Below are positions 17,947-26,249 of a stretch of DNA of 33,895 nt, in pieces. The DNA lies in the IMG/VR virus record IMGVR_UViG_3300029309_000155, positions 1 through 33,895 of that record; one strand, written 5' to 3'. This DNA is from a virus. Lineage: Duplodnaviria > Caudoviricetes. The notes below the pieces were generated by a model. The model was not told where the DNA came from. It worked only from the letters and a program-made list of their open reading frames with translations, and made no database searches. The position numbers and the translations under genes are program-made. Every line of letters begins with the position of its first letter. Positions within the stretch are counted from its first letter, which is position 1.

Positions 17947-20900
17947 ATGAATGAGATTCAATTAAAAATATTAAACGATTTATTTACATTGGTTCCCGAG
18001 GGAACCTTTAGTGATATAGAGGAGTTGCAAGAATTTATTGAAGACAAAGGTGTAGAGGATATTTTTACATTAATGCCTGAAGGTGTCTTTGAAGATGAAG
18101 AAGAGTTTGGGGAGTTTATAACACCCTTAAAAAAAAAAGATTTTTCTGGAGATGGACCTCAGCAGCCCGTGGATTCGGGTACGCCAACACCTGCAGAAGA
18201 GACTCCTTCGCCTCAAGGTCCTGGTTCTTCGGCTATACCAGATAGAAGTGTAAATAGAATTGACCCTCGTTTAAACGACCTCATAAATCCCGATACCGCT
18301 CTTCCCGATAAACCAGTGGGTACTAAGTTTGGTGCTAACGTAGATGTTGGTGAGAAGAATACTTGGCTTGAAGAAATGCTGGGTAAAAATACAGTTACAG
18401 ATTTTTTTGGTGATATGTACAGAGCAGGAGCTCAAGGTCTTGGTCAAGGTGCTACGATTGATGATGCTCGAAGATTATTTATATCAGGTAGTGAAACTTC
18501 TTCGGAAGATGTAGAAAAATATATTGCTGCAGTTAAGAACATGGACAACTATGGTATGTCTGATGAAATGAAATCTTTCAATAGAATCTATGAAAATAAT
18601 GGAGGAGGAGTAATGGGATTTATTTTAGGTGTGGGTGCAAATCCGTCAGTCATTGGTCAGTTGTTTGTGTCATCAGTTGCATCAATGGTAAACCCAGATG
18701 TTCTTGCAGGTGTTGGAGCAGGTGCAGCTATAGGTGCTGGTGTTGGAGCTGGAACAGGTGCAGTAGCTGGAGCCATAGGTGGACCAGTAGGTAGTGGTAT
18801 AGCAGGTTTAGTAGGTGGAGTAAGTGGTGGTATAAACGGTGCCATTTTAGGAGCAAGTGCCACACTTGAAACTGGTTTAGCCTTCACAGAATTTATGAAA
18901 GAAGAAATAGACCGAGCTGGATTAAAATTTGATAAAGAAAGTGTAAGAAAAATATTAGAAAACCCTACTGCTATGCAATCCATAAGAAACAAAGCTATGG
19001 CAAGAGGTCTTGTTATAGGTACTATAGATGCGTTTACACGAGGTTTTGCCAGTAAGGTAGGGGGTAGTAGTATCAAGGCTGCAAAAGCCGCAGATAGAGT
19101 TATTACAAAAGGAATGAAGGCGCGAGCTGGTTTGAAAGCAGCTGGTATCGAAGCTATTGGGGGTTCAACTGGTGAAGCTGCTGCAAGAGTAGTTACGGGA
19201 CAAGACATGGATGTAGCTGAGATTGGATTTGAAGGTATAACAGGACAAGCTTCTTCTGTTTTATCAGTTCCCGCTGCTGTTAGTGGAAACAGCTTAACAG
19301 ATATAGGTAGGAACATGGTAGGTAAAGGTAAAAACTTTTTTAAACCGCCAAGCTATGGTTACTTAACAAAGAAAGGTACTAAGATGTTAATGAGCAAGGA
19401 AGAAGTAGAAGCTGCTATTGACTCCATGACTGACCAAGAGATAATCGACTCACAGTTTGTTATTGAAAATGATACGGCTCTGGAACAGAAGTATGAGAAC
19501 AGAAGACAAGAAGCTAATTTAAATCAACAGACACCAGATAATTTAAAAGGTGAAAGAAGAAAAAAATATATTGAGCTGCTACAGGAAAAAAACAATATGG
19601 AAAATCCTGATAGTCCAGAAAATAAAGAACGAATAAAAGCTATTGATGAAGAGCTTCAAACTATTGTAGACGAAGCAGAAACAGACCTAAGTGAAGAGGT
19701 TCAAATATCGGAGGACGTAAAAAAATTAGTATCAATATCACGAAATGAAGCAATACAAGCTTTACTTGCAGAGGGTATTGAAAATCCTACTGATGAACAG
19801 GTTAATAATAAACAAAAAGAAATGCTTAAATTAGCAGTAGCAGCTGCTAAAAAAGCTGGTAAAGAAGTAAGTAGGTTTAAGAACGTAAAAGATTTAGATG
19901 ATGATGAAGCTAAAGAACAAGCTAAAGACGAACTTATATCTGAAGGTATACTTGAACCAACAGACCAACAAATAAACGAAAGAGCCAATGCCATTCAGGA
20001 GTCAAGCGCAACGCAGGTGGATGTACAAGAATCTACCACAGATAGCCCAGAAGTGGGAGAAGGAGACGCCCCAGGGGTCGTTACCCCAGAGAGTCAGACC
20101 CAAGAGCAGGTTGCTGACCAGCCTATTGAGACGCAAACGCAAGAGGAAATAAAAGTAAATGTTGCTCCTTTCTTTGAGACATCCATAGAATCTACAACAG
20201 AAGCAGGTGGTTTAAGAAAGTCACCAGAATACCAACAATACAAACAAAGCCTAACTGACATAGCAAATGATTTAGGAGTTGAGGTTGAAGTTGATGAAGC
20301 TGTAGGCGGCTATGTAAATGAAGCAGGAACAAAGATTAGAGAGATAAGTAACGTAGTAAGATTAAAAAACGCAACATTAGACCAAGCTTCTCAGTACGCA
20401 GCTATTACAGCAGCGTTAGCACCCGAAGTACAAGAGTCTTCCATCGCAGCAGAATATACTGTTGATGGTGCAGAAAACCATAACGGAAACGAATTAACCA
20501 TTAAAGTTTCTGATAGTGAAGGCACTTTTCAAGCATTAAAAGAAGTAGGTATTGATGAGTACACTTTGGATACGTCAAATAATTTACTATCTTTGCTGGA
20601 CATATTTGATTTTAGTGACCCACAAGCGGACGCAAAATTAGATGCGTTAATAGATTTATTAGATAATAAAAATATAACTTATGAAATCACAGACAAAAAA
20701 GCAATCAACTCAAGATTTATTGGCAAGGAGAGCAGGCAGCAGATTCTTTCAGATGGTAGACAAAGTGCCATTCAACAACAGCAAGAAGGGACAAGTCTTT
20801 ATAAGAAAATCCTCTCAGCGATAAATCGTGACGCTCAGAAGCAAGGCATATCTCCCAACGAATATATAGGTGCACAAGAAGCACCGCAAGTCACGGCAGA

Positions 20901-23900
20901 CCAAAGTCGTGTAGAAAAAATAGCACAAGACATAAAGAAAAAAATACTTAGTCGTAGACCAAAGTCTATGAATCCTGCTTACATTGTAAAGCAAGTAACT
21001 GAATATTTAACACAAACCAAACTACGTTCTCAACTTAATGACGTTCAGTTTGATGCGTTAGTTAGAAAGGTTACGGAAGATTTAGGAGTCAAAGTTAAGA
21101 AAGGACCAAGTGTTAAAAAAGTAATAGGTGATAGTCAAGGTGGACCAAAGGTTGCAGATAAAAAAGTTGTAGTAAATGAAAGAGTAGCACTTAAAGACCA
21201 GATAAGAAAAGAAGCTAAAGCTGCAAGAGAATCAGCAGCTGCTTATAAAAAGTCTATGAAAAACATAGCTGGTTTAATAAGTAGCTTTGGAAGAAACCTT
21301 GGTAAGATTTCACAGTCTAAAGTCAAAGCAATTACAAAAAGATTTGCAAATGTAAATCTTAATAATAAAAAATCCGTAGATAGCTTCCTTACATTTGTTG
21401 ATAATGTATTTACTAAACAAGATTATGTTCAGCGTTTAAACACTGCCAGGAAACAATCAAGAAAAGCTAAGAAACAGGTTGGTGGAGCAAAGACTGGTGT
21501 ATTACCAGCTGATTTAAAAGCCGCGTTGAAGACAGTGTTCAGTATAAATCCTGCACTAATACCAGAACCTTTATTAGATTCTTTTATAGAACTTTCCGCT
21601 GAGTATGGTTCAGGTAAAAAAGTTCCTGCGTTTAAAAAAGCTCAAGAAACTTTACCAAAAGCTTTAGAGATAATTAATGGTGTCCAGGAAAATATAAACC
21701 AAGATATTGATTCTATAAAAGCTGAGCCTACACCTGATGATTTTGATGCAGATGCAACTATTAAAAACATAAGTGAAAAACAAAAGACAGTTACTCAAGC
21801 TGACTTAAATAATATACCAGATAAAAGAGCTAAAGAAGATGCACGTCAAATATTAAACATGACTCCAGAACAAATGAAACAACTGGATGATTCTGATTTA
21901 AAAGTACTGGAGCAGATAATAGAAAATATTAAGAATGGTTTTGCTGGTAAACCAGTAACTGATATTGCAACTAAACTAAATGCTATAAAAAGTTTTGAGC
22001 AAGTCAACCCTATTATAAAAGCGTTTACACAAAACAAATATGTAGATGCTATAACTAATCTATATAGTAAAATTAAAGCTTCAAGAACAGGTAGAGGATT
22101 TTTAACAGAAAGAATACGTAGTCTTTCAACTTTCTTTATTGATGATGTGTTTGGAAATAGAAATAGTAAAACGCTTTATAACAATACGTTTGGAAAGATA
22201 GCCAGGTCTTTGGAAACAGTTAAGTCTAAAATAAAAAGATTAGAAGTAAAAGTAAATGCGGCTGAGAAATTATTAAACACTGATGGTAATAGATTAGGTA
22301 TAACAAGAAATGCTTTAGTCAAAAAGAAATACAAACTTAGAATGTTACAATTACAAAGAGAACATGAATCTAATTTTGTTGACGGTAAACCTAACGCAAA
22401 GACTCCTCCTGCTATAGACTTTATAAATAAAACATTAGAAGCTATAGAGAATGATGGTATTTTAAATGAACAAGATGCAACAATACTTAACGAATTAAAA
22501 ACAGAGTTTGAAGTAGATGGACAAATAAGTTTAGAGAAGATTGAAAACTCTTTAACTGCTAAAGAAAAGAAAGCCCTGGCGTTATATGATGACGTTAATA
22601 ATTCATTGGCGTCTGAAGCTGAATATAACGCAGCTAATTTACATGGTCAACCAGTTGAGTTGTACAATAATTATAGTCACCGTTATGTTATAGATGCCAA
22701 GACTAAGAACGAACAGACTGTTCAAAAATTAGTTGATAAAGTAAATAACAATATAACAAGCACTAAATCAAATACAATAGTTACCCGAACAAATGGAGCT
22801 AAACCTATTAGTTTTGACCCAAGTTTCTCAGCAATGCGTGGAGCTCAAGAAACTATTATGGATTATGAGATGACGCAGACATTAAGAGAAGTAGAACAAA
22901 CTCTTAACAAAGTTAAAGAAGATGCAAAAAGTGGAAGTAAAGACGCAAAGAAGGCTATTAATGCTATTATAAAAGCAAAGACCGAGATAGTAGACATCAT
23001 ATTAAAAGGAACTTACACCGATACGCCAAGTGGGAACTTGAGTGCAATGAACTTGATGCGTCTTGGTTATCAAGCTACCCTTGGTTCGATATACAGAATG
23101 GGAGCTGAAATTGTAGCTAACTTTGGTATCATGTTAAAGAATCCTGCCATGGCAGCACGAGCTTACAAAAACTTTGCCACGTGGGTTGCTAATCCAAAAA
23201 ATGTTACAGCAGGTTTTGATGCCATGACAAATCTTAGGTCATCACAAACAAGTAAATTGTATAATGCTGACGTAATGGAATCAAAGCACACACAAATGTC
23301 AGACTACGGTGGGTTAGATGCTAAAGCTGGCTCAGCTACAAATCGTGTAAACAATGTCTTTGGTGAGATTTTAAAATATACAGGATTAAAAATGACAGGT
23401 AGAATAGTAAATCAAATAGCATCAAACATAATAACTTTTCCTGATAAAGCTATGTCTCGTCCTTTATGGTTTGGTAAATGGGCAGATTCTTTTGAAGCCC
23501 AGGTAAAAGAAATGACAGGAGAGGATGTTAAAATTACTAAAAAAGATTTTCAAGAAATAGCAGATGGAACATCAAGGTATTTATCTCCTGAGTTTAAAGA
23601 AGCTCGAGATAATGCTACAGCTATGGCAGATGGTGAAGTAGTTACTATGGCTACCTCTAACAATGCAGCTGATGCTATTATTAAAAACATGAGGAGACCA
23701 GGAGAAAAATCAGGTATGGCAATTTACCGAATGGCTAATTCATTTATGGCAAGATTTAGTTTGTTTGAGTTTGCAACAGCTCGTAACGCAATCTTTGCTT
23801 TATTTAATAAAGGTGACTTGTCAAAAGCTGAAGCAGCTGGCCTACTTGCTGGTATAACGTTTAGAATGTCTGCTTATATGACAACGTATGGTATGTTAAC

Positions 23901-24552
23901 AAGTATGTTAGATGAAGAGTTGTTTGATGCGGAAGATGATAAGGAAGAAAACATAGAAGATGTAATGGCAAGACAAATAGTGGGAGCAATGATATCGCTT
24001 CTTGCAAGACAGTCATTAGGTAACATTCCTATGTTGCCAATTAACTTCTACTTAGAAGAGTCTGTGAACAGAAATCTATTGGAAGATTTAAGAGATGGTG
24101 AAGAGTATGATAAATATAAACACTCTATTGTATTTAGTCAGATAGGTGTTGAAGATTTAAAAAAGAAAAGCTTAGAGGAAATATTCCTTGACTCTTTTGC
24201 TGGACCTTATGGACCAATGATAAATACTTTGTCACGTTTGCTGAAGGTAGGTGTCACATCTCAGACAGCAGTAAAACCTGAGACAAGACAGAAAGCAATG
24301 GACGAAATAGAAAATAGATTAATAATTGAAGTGTTAGGTAATTTAGGATTGGTTCCGTTTTATAAAGATGTTAGAAGAGTTGTAATTAAAGATATGTTTC
24401 CTCCTGAAACTGAACTTACACCAGAACAAAAGAAACGTTTGAAAAAAATAAAAGAACAAGAGGAAAAAAGACGACCACAAAGAGAAAGAAGTGGTGACAG
24501 AAGAAAGACAAAAAACAGAAGGCCTAAAAGAGTAAGAGTAAACAGACGATGA
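17947..24552 (+). CDS. Giant internal virion / polyvalent-type ejection protein, 2201 aa
   Basis: Glycine-zipper hydrophobic segment, low-complexity linkers, long helical C-terminal region and Arg-rich tail; last large gene of the virion module. Confidence 0.6.
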   Translation: MNEIQLKILNDLFTLVPEGTFSDIEELQEFIEDKGVEDIFTLMPEGVFEDEEEFGEFITPLKKKDFSGDGPQQPVDSGTPTPAEETPSPQGPGSSAIPDRSVNRIDPRLNDLINPDTALPDKPVGTKFGANVDVGEKNTWLEEMLGKNTVTDFFGDMYRAGAQGLGQGATIDDARRLFISGSETSSEDVEKYIAAVKNMDNYGMSDEMKSFNRIYENNGGGVMGFILGVGANPSVIGQLFVSSVASMVNPDVLAGVGAGAAIGAGVGAGTGAVAGAIGGPVGSGIAGLVGGVSGGINGAILGASATLETGLAFTEFMKEEIDRAGLKFDKESVRKILENPTAMQSIRNKAMARGLVIGTIDAFTRGFASKVGGSSIKAAKAADRVITKGMKARAGLKAAGIEAIGGSTGEAAARVVTGQDMDVAEIGFEGITGQASSVLSVPAAVSGNSLTDIGRNMVGKGKNFFKPPSYGYLTKKGTKMLMSKEEVEAAIDSMTDQEIIDSQFVIENDTALEQKYENRRQEANLNQQTPDNLKGERRKKYIELLQEKNNMENPDSPENKERIKAIDEELQTIVDEAETDLSEEVQISEDVKKLVSISRNEAIQALLAEGIENPTDEQVNNKQKEMLKLAVAAAKKAGKEVSRFKNVKDLDDDEAKEQAKDELISEGILEPTDQQINERANAIQESSATQVDVQESTTDSPEVGEGDAPGVVTPESQTQEQVADQPIETQTQEEIKVNVAPFFETSIESTTEAGGLRKSPEYQQYKQSLTDIANDLGVEVEVDEAVGGYVNEAGTKIREISNVVRLKNATLDQASQYAAITAALAPEVQESSIAAEYTVDGAENHNGNELTIKVSDSEGTFQALKEVGIDEYTLDTSNNLLSLLDIFDFSDPQADAKLDALIDLLDNKNITYEITDKKAINSRFIGKESRQQILSDGRQSAIQQQQEGTSLYKKILSAINRDAQKQGISPNEYIGAQEAPQVTADQSRVEKIAQDIKKKILSRRPKSMNPAYIVKQVTEYLTQTKLRSQLNDVQFDALVRKVTEDLGVKVKKGPSVKKVIGDSQGGPKVADKKVVVNERVALKDQIRKEAKAARESAAAYKKSMKNIAGLISSFGRNLGKISQSKVKAITKRFANVNLNNKKSVDSFLTFVDNVFTKQDYVQRLNTARKQSRKAKKQVGGAKTGVLPADLKAALKTVFSINPALIPEPLLDSFIELSAEYGSGKKVPAFKKAQETLPKALEIINGVQENINQDIDSIKAEPTPDDFDADATIKNISEKQKTVTQADLNNIPDKRAKEDARQILNMTPEQMKQLDDSDLKVLEQIIENIKNGFAGKPVTDIATKLNAIKSFEQVNPIIKAFTQNKYVDAITNLYSKIKASRTGRGFLTERIRSLSTFFIDDVFGNRNSKTLYNNTFGKIARSLETVKSKIKRLEVKVNAAEKLLNTDGNRLGITRNALVKKKYKLRMLQLQREHESNFVDGKPNAKTPPAIDFINKTLEAIENDGILNEQDATILNELKTEFEVDGQISLEKIENSLTAKEKKALALYDDVNNSLASEAEYNAANLHGQPVELYNNYSHRYVIDAKTKNEQTVQKLVDKVNNNITSTKSNTIVTRTNGAKPISFDPSFSAMRGAQETIMDYEMTQTLREVEQTLNKVKEDAKSGSKDAKKAINAIIKAKTEIVDIILKGTYTDTPSGNLSAMNLMRLGYQATLGSIYRMGAEIVANFGIMLKNPAMAARAYKNFATWVANPKNVTAGFDAMTNLRSSQTSKLYNADVMESKHTQMSDYGGLDAKAGSATNRVNNVFGEILKYTGLKMTGRIVNQIASNIITFPDKAMSRPLWFGKWADSFEAQVKEMTGEDVKITKKDFQEIADGTSRYLSPEFKEARDNATAMADGEVVTMATSNNAADAIIKNMRRPGEKSGMAIYRMANSFMARFSLFEFATARNAIFALFNKGDLSKAEAAGLLAGITFRMSAYMTTYGMLTSMLDEELFDAEDDKEENIEDVMARQIVGAMISLLARQSLGNIPMLPINFYLEESVNRNLLEDLRDGEEYDKYKHSIVFSQIGVEDLKKKSLEEIFLDSFAGPYGPMINTLSRLLKVGVTSQTAVKPETRQKAMDEIENRLIIEVLGNLGLVPFYKDVRRVVIKDMFPPETELTPEQKKRLKKIKEQEEKRRPQRERSGDRRKTKNRRPKRVRVNRR
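18129..18138 (+). other. A10 homopolymer, candidate frameshift/slippage site
   Basis: TTA AAA AAA AAA GAT in frame 0, followed by a GC-rich 100 nt in which both alternative frames stay open. Confidence 0.4.
19988..20152 (+). CDS. Nested (+1 frame) 54-aa basic protein MPFRSQAQRRWMYKNLPQIAQKWEKETP...
   Basis: ATG 19988 to TAA 20150-20152, translated by hand. About 54% GC by my count. Resembles small stand-alone phage proteins of the MPFKS.AQRRWM type that I recall. Confidence 0.7.
   Translation: MPFRSQAQRRWMYKNLPQIAQKWEKETPQGSLPQRVRPKSRLLTSLLRRKRKRK
20681..20824 (+). CDS. Nested (+1 frame) 47-aa basic ORF MKSQTKKQSTQDLLARRAGSRFFQMVDKVPF...
   Basis: ATG preceded by AATAAAAATATAACTT (Bacteroidota-type initiation context); ends at TAA 20822-20824. 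Confidence 0.4.
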   Translation: MKSQTKKQSTQDLLARRAGSRFFQMVDKVPFNNSKKGQVFIRKSSQR

Positions 24553-24884
24553 AATACTTTGATGAACATAAATGTATGATGGACAGTTATAAATTATTAA
24601 CTGGTAAGGCTTCTTATGAGGAGTTGTTAGATGATGAAAACAATCCACCCGCATTTATATTTAATCCAACAAAGCCTGTGGTTACAATGGAAGATGATGT
24701 GTTTGATGTCCTAATGGAATACTTTATAGAGGTAGAAGACTATGAAAAGTGTGCTGAATTAAAAGAACACAAGCTTCTTAATTCTTACTATAGTTTGTCC
24801 TCTCCGCTTGTAGCTTATAAAAATGGAATGCCTGCATTCCGCTCACGTGGGAATCAGTTGGGAAAAAATACTTCCAACCTTTAG
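24549..24884 (+). CDS. Hypothetical protein with UVR-like (UvrB/UvrC) motif
   Basis: ATGA coupling to the giant gene; EDYEKCAEL resembles the E.YE.AA.L UVR motif. Confidence 0.5.
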   Translation: MKYFDEHKCMMDSYKLLTGKASYEELLDDENNPPAFIFNPTKPVVTMEDDVFDVLMEYFIEVEDYEKCAELKEHKLLNSYYSLSSPLVAYKNGMPAFRSRGNQLGKNTSNL

Positions 24885-25110
24885 ACCTTCCTCTATTTAT
24901 ATAATAACAAAACGCAACTGCAAGCTTACCGCTTGTTTTCAAGTTAGATGTTTTTTTAAAATTAATTACCGCTGAATCATCCGATAAAGGAATTATATCC
25001 TCGACAGTAAAAGTTTCTTTGTTTTGATTTCCGTCTCTGTTGAAATTTGAAAACCTATCAGCAATGGTTTGTGCAAATTTCTTGAGCTCAAGGGCCCTAT
25101 CTCTATTCAT
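24778..25110 (-). CDS. Hypothetical protein
   Basis: 110 aa; ATGA overlap with the upstream 63-aa gene; last gene of the - strand operon. Confidence 0.65.
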   Translation of the reverse strand: MNRDRALELKKFAQTIADRFSNFNRDGNQNKETFTVEDIIPLSDDSAVINFKKTSNLKTSGKLAVAFCYYINRGRSKGWKYFFPTDSHVSGMQAFHFYKLQAERTNYSKN

Positions 25111-25298
25111 ATTTCATCTGTTAGTGATTGAATTAATTCAGCCATGACTTTGCAAATCTGTTGTGCAGTTTGTTTTGCTTTCTCATTGTCACGGTCCATT
25201 AAGTCTTCGTATAGTTTGTTAATAAGGTCATGACTATCGTTAGTCACATGATTAATGTGAGAAATAGATGAATGGTCATTCTTAGAAACAGGTGTCAT
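25107..25298 (-). CDS. Small helical hypothetical protein
   Basis: 63 aa; tiles the operon with a 4-nt overlap. Confidence 0.6.
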   Translation of the reverse strand: MTPVSKNDHSSISHINHVTNDSHDLINKLYEDLMDRDNEKAKQTAQQICKVMAELIQSLTDEI

Positions 25299-25317
25299 TT
25301 ATTGTACAGTTGCTTCC

Positions 25318-25731
25318 CTATTGCACTGTGTGTTTCTGAAGAGTGTCTAATTGATTTTGTAATAGTCTCGACTCCAAATTAAGTAAAAAAATTCGTTCCT
25401 GCAAATCTTTTATCTGTTCAGAATGCTTTGTATACCTCTTTACATGGTAGTTTTCACCCCAGGTTTTTAACAATTCTACTTTTTTTTCAGCTAAAGATTT
25501 ATTGTATTTAATCATGTAAGGCAGCTCGTTATAAGCGTGCATAATTGTAGCATGATTTTTGTTAAAAACTTTTCCTATCTGTTGATAGGTCATGTTTAAA
25601 CAGTCTCTCATAATACTATAAACAACTGCCCTTGCCAGGATATATTGTTCTTGTCTACAATTAGAATAGATATCTACTTTAAAAATTTTACTTGCCTCGA
25701 CGAGGAGGTTTTGGATAACTGAATCTTTCAT
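25318..25731 (-). CDS. DnaA domain IV-like (Bac_DnaA_C) HTH protein with coiled-coil tail
   Basis: R....ILARAVVYSIMR....TYQQIGKVFNKNHATIMHA matches DnaA AR..AMYL...SL..IG..F..RDH.TV.HA. ATG at 25731 preferred over TTG at 25737. Confidence 0.8.
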   Translation of the reverse strand: MKDSVIQNLLVEASKIFKVDIYSNCRQEQYILARAVVYSIMRDCLNMTYQQIGKVFNKNHATIMHAYNELPYMIKYNKSLAEKKVELLKTWGENYHVKRYTKHSEQIKDLQERIFLLNLESRLLQNQLDTLQKHTVQ

Positions 25732-26041
25732 CAACAACTAAATTTAATTTAAGATTTATAAAATCTAAATACTCGTCCATGTCTATAAATTGTAAGTCAC
25801 TAAGAACCATTAACTCTTCATCTGGTTTTGTAACTTCTATTAAAAATGGTATTGGTTTACCATAATGATAAACTAAACCTGCTCTTACGTGAGAACACAA
25901 TTCATTTACAGGTAGCTCAGGTAAATACTCTTCTATGTAAAGAGCTATAGTTAAAGATAATGTTTGAGGAACATCTTGTAATGCTGAAATAAAATCATCA
26001 TCAATCTCAAAGTCCTTTACGTACTGAAACTTTACATCCAT
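25688..26041 (-). CDS. Acidic hypothetical protein
   Basis: Fills the gap between the VRR-NUC and DnaA-like genes; the MDVKF start at 26041 reduces the overlap. Confidence 0.55.
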   Translation of the reverse strand: MDVKFQYVKDFEIDDDFISALQDVPQTLSLTIALYIEEYLPELPVNELCSHVRAGLVYHYGKPIPFLIEVTKPDEELMVLSDLQFIDMDEYLDFINLKLNLVVDERFSYPKPPRRGK

Positions 26042-26249
26042 GTTTTTCAAGTTCTTCAATTCTATATTCTTGTAGTTTAGAAACTTTCCCATTTGTTTTT
26101 TTTACTTCAATGAATTCAACGTCAGAATTAGGAGGTATAGCTATCAAGTCAGGGATTCCGTTTTTATTTGTCATCTTTAACTTGATAACATAATATCCCT
26201 TAGCCTCCATTTCTTTAATTACCTTCGCCTGTATCTTCTGCTCTGTCAT
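26007..26249 (-). CDS. VRR-NUC family nuclease
   Basis: E..IQ, GIPDL, FIEVK and SKLQ motifs; adjacent to the SNF2-like helicase as is usual in phages. Confidence 0.85.
   Translation of the reverse strand: MTEQKIQAKVIKEMEAKGYYVIKLKMTNKNGIPDLIAIPPNSDVEFIEVKKTNGKVSKLQEYRIEELEKHGCKVSVRKGL

Noticed and set aside
18657-19316. 219-aa antisense ORF, and other antisense ORFs over structural genes
   Set aside because: Mirror of Gly/Ala-rich sense codons; no promoter or initiation context.
21739-21753. DFDAD in the 2201-aa protein, resembling the DxDxD catalytic loop of crAss-like virion RNA polymerases
   Set aside because: It sits in a Pro/Asp linker (PTPDDFDADAT) within a helical region, with no visible double-psi-barrel context. 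HHpred or AlphaFold would be needed to revive the idea.
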